In this document: positions 1-12,600 of the stretch, piece after piece
How positions within the stretch are numbered: position 1 is the first letter of the stretch
Layout of the letters: each line of letters opens with the position of its first letter
NCBI RefSeq assembly: GCF_006345805.1
Contig: NC_042999.1
Span: forward strand, 97,526,001-97,590,000
Length of the DNA stretch: 64,000 bases
Direction: 5' to 3'
Source: Octopus sinensis
Lineage: Eukaryota
Translations under genes and position numbers: made by a program
Notes under the pieces: generated by a model
What the model saw: the letters and a program-made list of their open reading frames with translations, nothing else
Told to the model about the DNA's origin: nothing
Database searches by the model: none

Positions 1-583
1 TTCCATATTTTCTATATAGATAGAAAATTTAACTGAAAAATAAGGATATATTATATTACGGTGACTTCTGTAATGCTTTAATTGTTTGACTTTTCCATTT
101 TGTCACATTGGTTCTAATACGATGAAAGTCAGTTGCGGTTACAAGTTTACAAAATTGAGTTATTGATCAGTAGTTTTGTATATATAACCATTAATTTGTA
201 AATGTTGCTTTGACTTTCTCATATCACAGAGGAATATATTTTCCAGTCGCTGAGATTAATCTGGTGTCAGTTCTCTCTAACTATTCATTTAACATAGTGT
301 CTTAATCTTAATAATAATTTTGCCATTAATTTAATTATATTAACAAATCAAATATTGCCGTACTAGCTCTCTATACATTGTCTAATTCAAAACACATTCA
401 TGTTTCATCAACTTCACATGTTCAAAACCTTATTAAGAAAATAGCGATCTGTATTTTATAGACGTGTTTATAAGACAAACTGACTGAAAACGAATAACGC
501 AGTTTAGGAGGTTTTCAACCTACATACACTTTTGAATTTGTATGTATATAGCTAATTTTGAACTAATATTCCATCACAAATAA

Positions 584-1872
584 CACTGGTCAACAACCAA
601 AATATTTCTGAGACCAGAGTAGCAATTTCCAACTAATTTTAGGTTGCTAGGTCGCTGATAATGGATATCATAGTTAAAACTTTGTTAGTTCTATTTTCCA
701 AGATATATGTTCGTGTCACGACAGGTTCCGACAGGCTTGCGGCAGTATGTTTCTTACTGCACTTACAGTCCCACTGCCCTTCATTATTGTTCCAGCAGTC
801 ATAGAAGGTGGTTGTACTGTGCAAGTTTATACAGAGGTGAAAAGTAAGTGATTTTCCTAGTCAAACACATTTTAAACTCATAATAAATATTCATTGAGCA
901 AGCTATTGATATGCATGTGAAACATTTTATATTAATTTTATTTTTCTACTGAATGATATAAACACTTCTGCTAATGATACTTTTATGATAAATTTATGAA
1001 CGAATTTTCTGTTTATCTGCTGACTGTTTGTTTTCCTCTTTAAAATGCCTTGCACTTGTGTGAATAAGGCAGATAACTTCTGCTACATTTGTGATGAGGT
1101 GACCTTTGCAACGCAGAAGCGCTGTATAATTACTATGGTTACAAAGGTATATCGCCTATATTTTGGATGCTAGATTGGCGACCAGGATAAGAAGTGGGTT
1201 CCTCACATGTGCTGCAACACTTGTGCTACTAGCCTTCGCCAATAGTTGAACAGGAAGAGGAAAGGAATGTTTTTTGTTGTGCCAATGACGTGTCGGGAAC
1301 CAATAGACCATACCAACAATTGTTATTTCTGCATGGTACCTCCAGTAAAAAAAGGGCATGGGAAAGAAGAAAAAAGAGTCCATTGAATATGCAAACATTC
1401 TATTAACTATTCGCCCAGTTCCACGTGGAGAAGATCTATCTGTTCCTGGTACACCAACTTCGATATTCTTTGAGTCAGATGAAGAAAGTGGTGAGGAGGA
1501 AGTAAAGAAAAATGATAGTGCTGAATTACAGAGTGACCCAAATTTTGATGAAACACACTCCTCTAGACCACATCTCATAACACAAGGGGAACGCCATGAC
1601 CATGTCAAGGATCTACAACTACCTGAGAATAAGGCTGGGCTGCTAGGCTATCGTCTTCAACAGTGGAATCTCCTAATAGCTGATGTGAAGATTTCAAAAT
1701 TTAATGACAGTCAACAGCAGTTCGGCAATTTCTTCATAATGGAAAGTGATTCATTGGCCTGCAAAAATATTAATGGTCTGATGGAAGCACTTGATATTGA
1801 ATAAGAACAGTCACGGAAGGCTGTTCATAGATTCATGAAAAACTTGTCTGAAAGGTGTCTTGTTGCATTAGT
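584..1872 (+). mobile_element. Chapaev3-like (CMC) DNA transposon, 5' part with decayed transposase
   Basis: TAA|CACTGGTCAAC terminus at 584. From ATG 1045 reads MPCTCVNKADNFCYICDE...YFGC*IGDQDKKWVPHMCCNTC...PMTCREPIDHTNNCYFC, then LFIDS*KTCLKGVLLH. Has stops and frameshifts and is truncated by a LINE. Confidence 0.7.
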
Positions 1873-1879
1873 GAAAGAA

Positions 1880-3125
1880 ACTTACGAACGAAGTTGACTC
1901 CCAACACAAAATTGCAGACATAACCTTCACTGCCACCGACATCGTAGCAGCAATAAATGAGGTCAAACATTACTCTGCTGTAGGCCCTGATAGATTTCCC
2001 GCTAGTCTCCTGAAGGAATGTAGATATCAACTTGCAGTCCCTCTGACCAACCTCTGGAGAAACTCGTTAGACGCAGGTTATATACCGAAACAGTTTCTAT
2101 CCCAGTCGGTCATCCCGGTTTTCAAACAGGGAAACAGATCCCTCGCAGTCAACTATCGCCCAATCTCACTCACCTCCCACATCATTAAAGTGTTTGAAAG
2201 AGTGTTAAGATCAAGGATAGCTGACTTCCTGGAGACCCACAAACTCCTAAATTCAAATCAGCATGGCTTTCGCTGTGGCAGGGACTGTCTAACACAGCTC
2301 TTACACCACATTGAAGATGTACTCAAAGCCTTGGGAACAGGTTCAAACTCTGACGTCATATATCTTGACTTCAGTAAAGCGTTCGACAGGGTAGACCATA
2401 ACATCCTACTCTCAAAATTGGCAAATGTTGGAATCCGTGGAAAAGTTCTACGCTGGATTCAGTATTTCCTGGCGAATAGAACACAACATGTTGTAGTTGA
2501 TGGAGTTCACTCTAACCCAGCAAAAGTCACCAGCGGTGTTCCCCAGGGAACTGTTTTGGGTCCGCTACTCTTCATAATTTACGTAAACGACCTTTCCAGT
2601 GTCGTACATCACTGCAAAGTGAAAATATTCGCTGATGACACTAAGCTCCAGCAAATCGTCAATGAAGAAGCAGACCGAACTCAACTCCAGTCTGATCTAT
2701 ATGCTGTGAGTCAATGGGCAGACAGAAACAAAATGCAACTGAATGAGGGAAAATTTGAGCTGATGCATTTTGGAAGAAATTCCTCACTAAAACAACCATA
2801 CTCTCTTCCTTCAGGGGAACCGCTCACAGCCTCTAACAATATCAGAGACCTGGGTGTAATTGTTGATGACGATCTCAGTTGGAGTGCACACATCAACAAG
2901 AAGGTCGATATAGCTCGTAGGATGAGTTCCTGGATCTTAAGAACTTTCCGGTCCAGAGAACAAGGTGTCATCATACACTTTTTTCCTCCTTTGTACGGCC
3001 ACACCTTGAATACTGCTGCCCACTGTGGTCTCCTCACACAAGACAAAACATCTCCAGAATTGAGTCACCCCAGAGGGCTCTCACTAAACAAATTGAAGGC
3101 ATGGCTGCTCTCGATCATTGAAAAA
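1880..3125 (+). mobile_element. CR1-like non-LTR retrotransposon RT fragment
   Basis: GPD..P, NYRPISLTS, QHGFR, YLDFSKAFD, GVPQGTVLGP and FADD motifs in or just upstream of ORF 2190-3260. Frameshift near 2980 (continues VRPHLEYC). Confidence 0.9.
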
Positions 3126-3161
3126 GCGCACAACTTTTCAAAAGTTATTGACCTAAATATA

Positions 3162-3326
3162 TATTTCTTTATTACCCACAAGGGGCTAAACATAGAGGGG
3201 ACAAACAAGGACAAAGTATTAAGTCGATTATATCGACCCCAGTGCGTAACTGGTACTTAATTTATCGACCCCGAAAGGATGAAAGGCAAAGTCGACCTCG
3301 GCGGAATTTGAACTCACAACGTAACT
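3162..3326 (-). mobile_element. tRNA-derived SINE fragment (Nin/Deu-like central domain)
   Basis: Reverse strand reads GAGTTCAAATTCCGCCGAGGTCGACTTTGCCTTTCATCCTTTCGGGGTCGATAAA (B-box plus conserved domain). Same family at ~4620-4750, 32385-32760 and 43720-43815. Confidence 0.7.
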
Positions 3327-3410
3327 GCCCAAGGTGCCACGCAGTGGGGCTGAACACGGGACCATGTGGTTGGTAAGCAAGCTACTTACCACACAGCCAC
3401 TCCTGCGCTT
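3327..3410 (-). mobile_element. tRNA-derived SINE head (inverted copy)
   Basis: Reverse complement of the head of the SINE at 3551. Confidence 0.75.
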
Positions 3411-3550
3411 ATATGGCTCCCCCTCGAGTGCGGAAGTACGAAACAAGAAAATTGTAGTGGCTGCAGAAAACAGATGGCTGCCGAACCCCCAGAAGATTTG
3501 GTACACAATATGACACAAAAACAAGAAATTTAAATATTGACCTAAATATA

Positions 3551-3910
3551 GGCGCAGGAGTGGATGTGTGGTAAGTAGCTTGCTTACCAACCACATGGTC
3601 CCGTGTTCAGTCCCACTGCGTGGCACCTTGAGCAGGTGTCTTCTACTACCAAAGCCTTGTAAGTGGATTGGAAGACGGAAACTGGAAGAAGCCCGTCGTA
3701 TATGTATATATGTATGTGCGTGTATATGCTTCTATGTCTGTGTTTGTCCCCCAACATCGCTTGACAACCGATGCTGGTGTGTAACTTAGCGGTTCGGCAA
3801 AAGAAACCGATAGAATAAGTACTAGGCTTACAAAGAATAAGCTCTGGGGTCGATTTGCTCAACTAAAGGCGGTGCTCCAGCATGGCCGCAGTCAAATGAC
3901 TGAAAGAGTA
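3551..3910 (+). mobile_element. tRNA-derived SINE, near full length
   Basis: GGCGCAGGAGTGG..TGTGGTAAG (A-box), GTTCAGTCCC (B-box), CCTTGAGCAGG core, internal TA/TG microsatellite and tail CAAATGACTGAAA. Homologous to 61343-61712. Confidence 0.8.
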
Positions 3911-4849
3911 AATGTATTGAGAAAATATTGTTAAAATGAAAGTTATTTCCCTTTAAGTGAAAAGCAAGACTGAATTCCCTCGATGAAAATTGTTTTAAGA
4001 ATCGTTATTCCACTTTCAATTTGGAATTGTGCCAATCATCGTCCATCATATATAACAAGACAATACAGTTTCGATTCCTTGTTGTAGTCAGTTATTTTCA
4101 CTTACGTTGCTGTCGCCCTTCAGGAAGGTATAAACGTCAACTGATCTCACTTGCTTGTTCTCTAGAAGCCTGAGATCTTGAAACTATAATTTTAAGCAAA
4201 ATTATAGCATCAGTTTCTAACTCTGGTACCGAAGTAAATGTTATATGTAAAAGAGGAATGGAACTTTGTGACGCTAACATATATCTCAACAACATTAGCG
4301 GCACAAATGAAGTGAAATGTCACTGGGTTTAAACGAAACTAATTGTAAAATCAACTGCTTTCGTTTCTTTCGCTTGTGCACGAGCTAAGACTTTTGAAGA
4401 AAAATCATTTTTAGGAAACAGGATAGTCGATTGACCACAACGGTTTATTGACTCGACTAGAACTTTATTTTGCCCGGAATGATAAAAGTAAAATCGATTC
4501 AAATTTAATCCCATAACTCAAAGAGCAATGACTAAATACTCTAGGCATTATGCCCGACACTACTAATTTTGTAAATCTACCACCAAGAAGAGAACCAATA
4601 ATGGTTTCCGATTTAGACATATTACCAGCAGTTTTGATGGGTAGGTATTAGTCGATACCATCGACCCCAGTACTAGACTGATACTTAACTTTATCGACCT
4701 GAAAAAATGAAAGACAAAGTTGGCCTCGGCGGTATTTGAACTCGGAGAAGATAAGCCAATAATGATCGCATGATACTCGTATCTTCTTGCAGACATGAAT
4801 GACATAAGTTAAATGAAATGCCTGTATCTGGTAAAATGTCGGAATATAT

Positions 4850-5900
4850 GCTCTACTGTAATTTCATTGTTATGGTTGCTGCATGGCCTCAGGTCAGTTG
4901 TGATCGAAAGATTTAAAGCTCGAAGGTCGTCAGCCAAACAACTGGGTACGATCCAGACACACCTATCTCTATGCTATATGTCTGTCTGGTTGAGGATCAT
5001 ATTGCAAATTGTGTCATGTATGTTGTGTTTGTGGTAATGAACACGACCGAAGTTAGCAAATGTGGTTGTAGATGTCCTGAATGCGATCGTAAATATTCTG
5101 CTGCTACTAATTTTGCGTATATGTCATTTTTATGTTAGTCTGGACTGATTGGGAGAATAGAGTTCTTAGGATGTAGTTGTAATGATAGAGTTTAAGAGTC
5201 GAAGCTTGCTACAATAATAATCTCTGACTCCTTGCATATCAGTGAGGTCTCCTTTTCAGTATTTTTATTTCATTGTGCAAATGACTTACATTACGGTCTA
5301 AGCACATTTTGGAGTATTCTCTTTTGTATTTTATGTAGTTCATGAATTGTTGTGAAGAGATTGGTGGGATTAACAGAATTGGTATAACCCATCATAAATC
5401 AAACGTATCGTTGTTTTGGGTCAAATGTGCTGCATGTGAGTGCTTTAAGTGTGTTTGTGCACCATTTTGTATGTATGAATTTTGCAGAAGGTTTGTATGT
5501 AAATCCTAATATTTCTTTGTCTTCTGTGTAGCTGAGTGTGATGGTTTGTTGTAAATTTAAAAAAAATTTGTGATGCTGCTAAAGTCTTTTTAAAGCCAGA
5601 CTGCTGAATGGTTTGTGAATGGTTGCAGAAGCTGTGCAGCTGCGTTTGTGGAGTATTGAGATGTAATTATGATATCATCTGTTTATGATGTTGAGTGTAT
5701 GTTTGTAGAAGTGTCTGTACAAGTTAAATCGAATGAATAAGAAGACGGATCCTTGTGGTATTCTATTGGGGGAAAATGCAAATACTAGATGTGCTGTCAC
5801 CTACACAGGATTTGGTACCCGGAAGATATTGTTCTTGCCAGCGTTATGTATTGTTCTCCAAGGATGTATTTTGTACACTGTGTAGATGTAGATAGCGAGA
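4850..5900 (-). mobile_element. Highly decayed LINE RT/3' region
   Basis: Minus strand gives IPQGSV, a degenerate YxDD-like segment, EILGFT and HLKALTCSTF. Many stops. Confidence 0.45.
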
Positions 5901-6919
5901 AATGTAGTCAAAAGTTTTGCTGTCGACGACATGGTACACAAACTACATTTTTTAATCAACTCATACCATCACTAGGTTTACTCGGAGTTACGTTTTGCAT
6001 TTTGGTGAAAGACATGTTGAATTAAACTATTGAAAATGAAAGTTAGCATCAAGCAAGATTTGTCGTTTTTTGGATATTTATCTCACATCTTGCTTGATCT
6101 TCTGGATAAACCCAAATAACGTGACCAAAAGGTTTGTACCCCTCCATTCCAAACAGCAACGGATACCCATTATGCTTGAAAATCGTGGCTCTTGAGGAAA
6201 GTTCAATGCAAGCAATAACACGGAATGAGACAGCAGAGGGATATTCAAGAATCATAATCAAAATGCGGCCCGGCCCCCTTTAGAGTGTAGAGAGTTAAGG
6301 GACAGAACATTTGCCTGCGTGATTGGCTGCTTCTCTGAAAACCTATTATTCAGTACTGCCTATAGTTTCTTACCACACACACACACGCATATGTATGTAT
6401 ACATACACGTACACAAATTTCTCACGCACATACAAATCTCACTTAGACAGACAAAATATCTTATTTTTTTCTTGTTAAAGTACTGTAGTAGACTGATTGT
6501 AAATAAATGATTATCAACAAGAACGATATATAATCATCGTATGAAAAAATGAGCATTTAATGAAGTTATAAAACTCTTCAACGGAGCAAGAAACGTTTTG
6601 CAAACATAAGAGTTATTCAGCAACCATCGAGGGAACCCTTCAAAAATCAAGTTAGGTTTGAACGAGGTTAGGACCCCCAGCTCTTTACGTCAAAGCCAAA
6701 TAAAAAGGAACAAGATACTAGGAATTAGCTTGTACTATGGTTTTTTTTTTATTATTAGAACCAACATCAATCTTCAGAAATATCTACTACAAGTCCGTTG
6801 ACACTGGACTCAGCGTCCTAAATAATCAAATTCAAATTACTTGTCCTATTTGCTTGATCTTCTGGATAAACCCAAATAATGTGACCAAAAGATTTGTACC
6901 CCCCATTTCAAACATATTA

Positions 6920-6957
<38 letters not shown>

Positions 6958-8335
6958 TCTATGAGTCGTTTCCTTGGATGGGCAGGTAATGTTTTCAGCT
7001 CTAAGCTGTCTCTAAGAACATCCATAATATAAAATAGCTAAAACATAAAATAAAAATTAATACTTTAATAGCTATTTGATGGGAAATAATGAATGGACCA
7101 GACATACACCCACCACCTCTACATCACACCACACGTATATATAAACAGTATTTGTTATATATTTAGATAGATGTTAAATTTACACGGCCCACTTGTGATT
7201 TGATCTAATTCAGAAAGAACCATTGCACTGGGCCCATTGTCAACCAAGCAAACCTAGCTCTCTCTTTCGGTATCGCCATATAAATTGTTCACTTCTTTCA
7301 TAGCAGTGATAATAGTGTGTGATTGACCAGGACTGTGTAGGCTGTTGTTTACCCTCTGTTTAGCTCTGACTGTGTATCCTTCGATCAAATTTATTCCAGT
7401 CATGACCATTCCATATTTTTCTTTATATCAGGACTGCATTGGCCAATGTATTCTTTATTTCAGACGGTAGAGTGTATGTGTGATTTGAGAGAGAGATTTG
7501 GTTTTATTTGTGGCAGCAGGTCGATTTGGGAGAGAGATTTATCTTCTATTTCTAGCAGATGGAATGACTGGGTAGAAGTTCAGTCGGTTTTTTGAGATGA
7601 TATAAGAACTAACTATAGGGATTTTAAAAAAATTCTATGTCAACTAAAACATAATGGTGTGCTACTGTTGATAAGCAAGCATCCTAAAGACAAACCGACT
7701 AATTTGTTAAAAGATCACTCAACAAAATCAGACTGGTTTAAATAAGGAAAAACACGTTGGCTAATATGCTCCTAGATACTTCTAAAAGGTGAGAGTCAGA
7801 GTTCGAATGCCTTTACTCGTAGGTCAGTTGAATCCGAGATTCAACCTCTGTAAAGAAGCACTATTTTATCACAACTAAAATGACATCTGTGACAACTATT
7901 TGTATACCGCTCTCATCTGACACCCCATTCTTGTCCCCCTCGTCGTTTTCAAACACTACACTAAACCACTTCATCGACTCTTTGGAATTTCTTTATCCGC
8001 GCTTTTCCTGCAGCCAGCGAAACATTGCCTTTTGTTGTCACAGAGATTTGATAACATTGATATTGGAGGGCTTACGTGGGTCATAGGCAAAACCGTCAGA
8101 GGTAAAGAATACGCATACCATCCTTTTTCGGCGTAACCCTACCCCTAAATGGGTGGTGTGGGTATTCTTTACCTTTGCCGCAAAGCCTATCCTCAGATTT
8201 GTCATTAAGAAATAAGAGAAAAAATATATATACACAGATAATAAATGCTTTTTCGTTTGTTTTTATTTAGATAAAGGAAATTTTCGTGGTGGAAAGAAGT
8301 TCTGTTGATTAAATCGATTCTTTTATATACCTTTT

Positions 8336-9220
8336 GCATAGTTTCGGTTGTAGTAGCACAGATTTCCGTAAAAAACTTTTATTTTTTTACATAAGTAATG
8401 AGAGCGAAAGAGACTAAGAGGAAGCGATTTTACGACGAGAAGGTTTCACTTTGAAGTCGGCCTGTGTGTGTTTGATGGGGTGTGGGAGACAGACAGTATG
8501 TTGTGTAAGTGAAGTGCTTCTGTTAGTGTGCGAAGAAACATACATACATACACACACACACATACATAGATACATACACACACCACATACATACATACAT
8601 ATACACACACACATACATACACACACACATAGATACATACACACACACACACATACATGCAGACATACATATACACATACACCGAGTAAAAAATTACACT
8701 GAATCGACCATACATACATACACACATACATACATACACACACACACATACACAGATACATACACACACACACATACATGCAGACATACATATACACATA
8801 CACCGAGTAAAAAATTACGATAAATCGGCCATACATACATACATACACACACACATACTTACACACACACACATACATAGATACATACACACACACACAC
8901 ATACATGCATACATACATATACACATACACCGAGTAAAAAATCAGTTATCTCTCTCTTTCACACATTACTCTCTCTGTCTCTTCGCACACACTAACAGAA
9001 GCACTTCACTTACACAACATACTGTCTCCCACACCCCATCAAACACACACACACACATGTACATCAATGCTTCCCCTAGACGGTAACTTCAAAGACAAAC
9101 TTCCCTCGTCATAAAATTGCTTCCTCTTAGTCTCTTTCGCTCTCATTACTTATGTAAAAAAATAAAAGTTTTTTACGGAAATCGACGGAAATCTGAGCTA
9201 CGACATGCGAAACTTCGCCC
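8336..9220. mobile_element. Foldback/MITE-like element with ~200-bp inverted arms around a CA/TACA minisatellite
   Basis: 8364-8456 is the inverse of ~9085-9180 and 8465-8537 is the inverse of ~8978-9050. Interior has three ~120-bp units ending CACCGAGTAAAAAAT. Confidence 0.75.
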
Positions 9221-9680
9221 CTTTTAATAATGTAAGACCTGAATTTTTGTGGGGAAAGGGGATAGTTGATTACATTAACCCAAATGCTTAACTGGTAATG
9301 TTGCAAATACCGGAGACATGAACATGGAAATGAATTACAGTGGGAAAGGAAAACAGAACAAAAGAAAGAGTAGAACAAATTACTTTTTAAGACAGAAGAT
9401 TAAATAAACGAACGCTATACAGCGTTGAGCAACATTAACAGGAAGTTAGCAACGAACGAGACAGGTAATCTCGTTTACTTCCTGTCAAACAGAAACCAAA
9501 CGAAAATCCAGCCAAACAGTTTAGAATACAGCAACGGCACTGCGTCTTGTCAGAACGGTTTTCGGGCTAGGATTTAACTTTTGCAGGGATAGAAACATTG
9601 ACTTTTGTCAATTGATCGTTGACTTAACTTATCATCATCAACAGAATAAACAATAACATTATTACCGCCAACAAGTGGCT

Positions 9681-9825
9681 ATGGCACTGGGCGACTTCGA
9701 ATACATTTGTACAGTAAAAGCCAATGGCTATATCCCAGTATCGAAATATAAATCAAAAACCACAGGCCTGTCTGTGTTCCTGGCTGCTGTTGATGGACCA
9801 ATTGTCAATGGATATTTTTGTTTAG
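9681..9825 (+). CDS. M16 zinc metallopeptidase (C05D11.1-like), coding exon 1
   Basis: ATG 9681, MALGDFEYICTVKANG...VDGPIVNGYFCL, donor AG|GTAAAA, phase 1. Confidence 0.9.
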
Positions 9826-11149
9826 GTAAAACTTTTACTCATCTCTCCTTTCATCTCCCATTTACTACAGTTTTATAAGTTTGTCTTTTTGATTGTCTTT
9901 CTTTGTTGCCCATGCGTTTTTTTTAGTTTTTTTTAATCTTTTACACAAACTCATTTCTTCTGTGTCTGCATTTTTGTTTTCTATCCCCCAAAGTCTCTTA
10001 ACACAAATACACTCATAGTAAACTAACATGTATATTTTTATATTTCCTGTTTTTTCTTTGTCTTCTCTATGTCACTTTTATGCACGCGCACACATACAAA
10101 CACAAAACATCTCTCGCATTAAATATCCTTTGTAGATCGCATTAAATATCCTTAAATCGCACTCTTCCACCTTAAAAAAGTGACAGAATGGTCATGTAAT
10201 TCTATGTAAAAGTAAATGTTATAGACTTGATCAAGGCTAGCCTTAGGTTAAACGACACAAATATGTGTTTAACCGTTTCTTTCTGCGTCTTTATTCGTCA
10301 TCTGTCTTTTTTACTTTCTCACCTATATCACTATTCATGTCTCTATCATATCATCACAAACGGTTATCCTCTACTTCTCTAGCAAGGAAATTTGTGTCTT
10401 ACAATCTTTGTCATTCTATCATGTTTATTTATGACCGGATGATAAGAGTTGACAATTCCTCACTTTGCAAGATTGTTTTCGTATGCTGACAAGAAATACA
10501 ATTCTTTACCTTGAAAGGTAAGATTGCCTGTCATGTTTCCCCCGCCCTTCTCAAAGAACGGGGGCACAGTCGAAATGAAACTGAAAATCAAAAACAATTT
10601 GTAGACAACGAGTCAATGCTAAGATGTAATTGCTGCTGACATGGTAATGGACAGAAAATTTATTTTCCCAACATGAAAATCCAAAATTAAAAACGAAGGC
10701 CGAAGGGAATCGTTACTTGACAAATGGGAGTAGAAAGAAAAACATACTGTCTATATTTTTTATGAATGTTGATTTTTCTTTTTGAAGCCAAAATTTTGTG
10801 GCGTTTTTTCAGTTTTTCGTAACTATGAGTGGTCACGTGACGTCATGACGTGGTGATTCTGCGACAAACGCACATCCCCACGCGATTACTGTTTAGAAAA
10901 TTTTGCTTTTGGTTATATTTGTAAACAGTTATTTATATACACCTTAGTTACAAAATAAACAAATTTTGGCCTCAGTTGTTACTGTGGAAACAAAATTCAC
11001 AGCAACATAAACGTAATAGACCTTTTTTTTTTAAAGAAAACTTATTTTACATTTTGCATAATTGCGTGGGTGGGCATAATTGTAAGTGGACTTAGGAATA
11101 ATTATCACTATCTCATGAGGAAAGTAAAAGCACGAAAATAGGGGTTCAA

Positions 11150-11520
11150 AAAATAATTGTCAAGGGACTGGATTGATGCCCTTCCCGTGACCATCATTGG
11201 GGCTCCACATCTCCATTGCTCTGTGTGTGAGGCGATGTCTGAGAACTGAAATGTGGTAGGTCACTCGACTCCACTGGCAGGCCTTCATGGTTTGTCCTAC
11301 CACCCAAATACTGGTTTAGCTCGTCACACCGAGCTAAACTTAATCATTAAGTGGGCCTTGGCTCGGGTTAATATTCCCCCAGTTCTGGAGCCAACGGAAT
11401 TATCCAGAAATGATGGGAGAGACCAGATGGTCTTAGGCTTTGCCCCTGGACAAAAGGTAAGTGCCTCATCTGGAATATCACAGTCTGTGACTCCTTTTCC
11501 CCCTCCCACATCCTGGATGC
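11150..11520 (+). mobile_element. CRE-like RLE-type non-LTR retrotransposon C-terminal remnant
   Basis: ARHTELNLIIKWALARVNIPPVLEPTELSRNDGR, then after a frameshift RPDGL..PWTKGKCLIWN: a restriction-like endonuclease signature. Confidence 0.65.
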
Positions 11521-12129
11521 CGCGTTGTAGCGTTTGAGACGTTTGGAGGGGGCTGGGTCGCTAACAGCGAAGTTCTCATCGTTGGCGACTGGCCTTACCA
11601 TGATATCGGGTGACACCCGTGGTAAGGTAGCGAGTGTGCTGGCTTGCTTCAGAAGGCTGCGTTGAACCTTGTGATGTGCACTTGGTGTTGAATTGATGTT
11701 TTTTTTCGTTCACGTTTGTGTTTTGTTCGGTTTGGGATTTGTATTTCAATGTGGTTTTGTATTATGTATATAATTCTATTAAATGTTGGTGGAAAATAAA
11801 ATCTTTTTTATTAAAAAAAAACTTGAAATTTTGAGGAAAAAATTTTTTCAGCATTATAATTCCGGTTATATGAGACGCAGGATACAATAAAAGGAAAATT
11901 GAAGGAGATAAACACAAATCTTTTGACTTTTTCCTTTCCTAGGTAGAATAAGTTATTTCAAAACTACACCGAAAGAAACGTTTTTTGCAACCGAATTCTC
12001 TCCCTAAAGCAACAGGGAATAGAAACCCATGTTCAGTCAAGCAGAGTTATGTGCCTTGCTCAGGACACCAGCACTAATTTGGTTCAATAAATATTCAATG
12101 GATTTGAAGAGATGCAGTGTCAACCATCT

Positions 12130-12600
12130 CAAACATGATTTTCAACGACTGTTGCGTTTAGGAGGAGTACAACTGTCTTCCGAGTCAATCATAAAGATTG
12201 TTCTACCATCCTCTCTGAACAGGGAAGGAAAGGTTTGTTTTCTCACCGCGGTGGCTATAGCGAAAGAGGTTGTATGGAGGACACGAATGAAAGGCGTAGT
12301 GACAAGTGTCTTCACCCAATATATATGGTAAAATATGAAAGAAAGTGGCGAGCGTGTTAAGAATAAATGAACCTGCATGAGTGAAGATATAAAGGTGATC
12401 GAAGAGTTCAGTAGTGGAACGGGGCTTGTGGGATCAAACTCGTCCCCCACTCTTGTGTTATTTTTGTGTTGTCCTATCATCCGCATATATTTCAAATTTT
12501 TATTCAATTGGTTCATATTTGTGTTTTATCATTCGATCCCCGACCCCTCACTTTGTATTGTACTCTGTGTCAAGCCTTTATGGCTATAATAAAATCAATT
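12130..12600 (+). mobile_element. L1/Tx1-like LINE 3' remnant
   Basis: FLTAVAIAKEVVWRTRMKG C-terminal-type motif, T-rich 3' UTR, AATAAA near 12588. A similar 3' end lies at ~11535-11820. Confidence 0.45.

Noticed and set aside
2190-3260. Domesticated or intact RT gene
   Set aside because: No endonuclease domain, a frameshift near 2980 and a C-terminus that runs into SINE sequence.
8414-8926. Cys/Val/Tyr/Met- or Ile/Tyr-rich ORFs here and at 17298-17748 and 35070-36192
   Set aside because: They are translations of CA/TA microsatellites.
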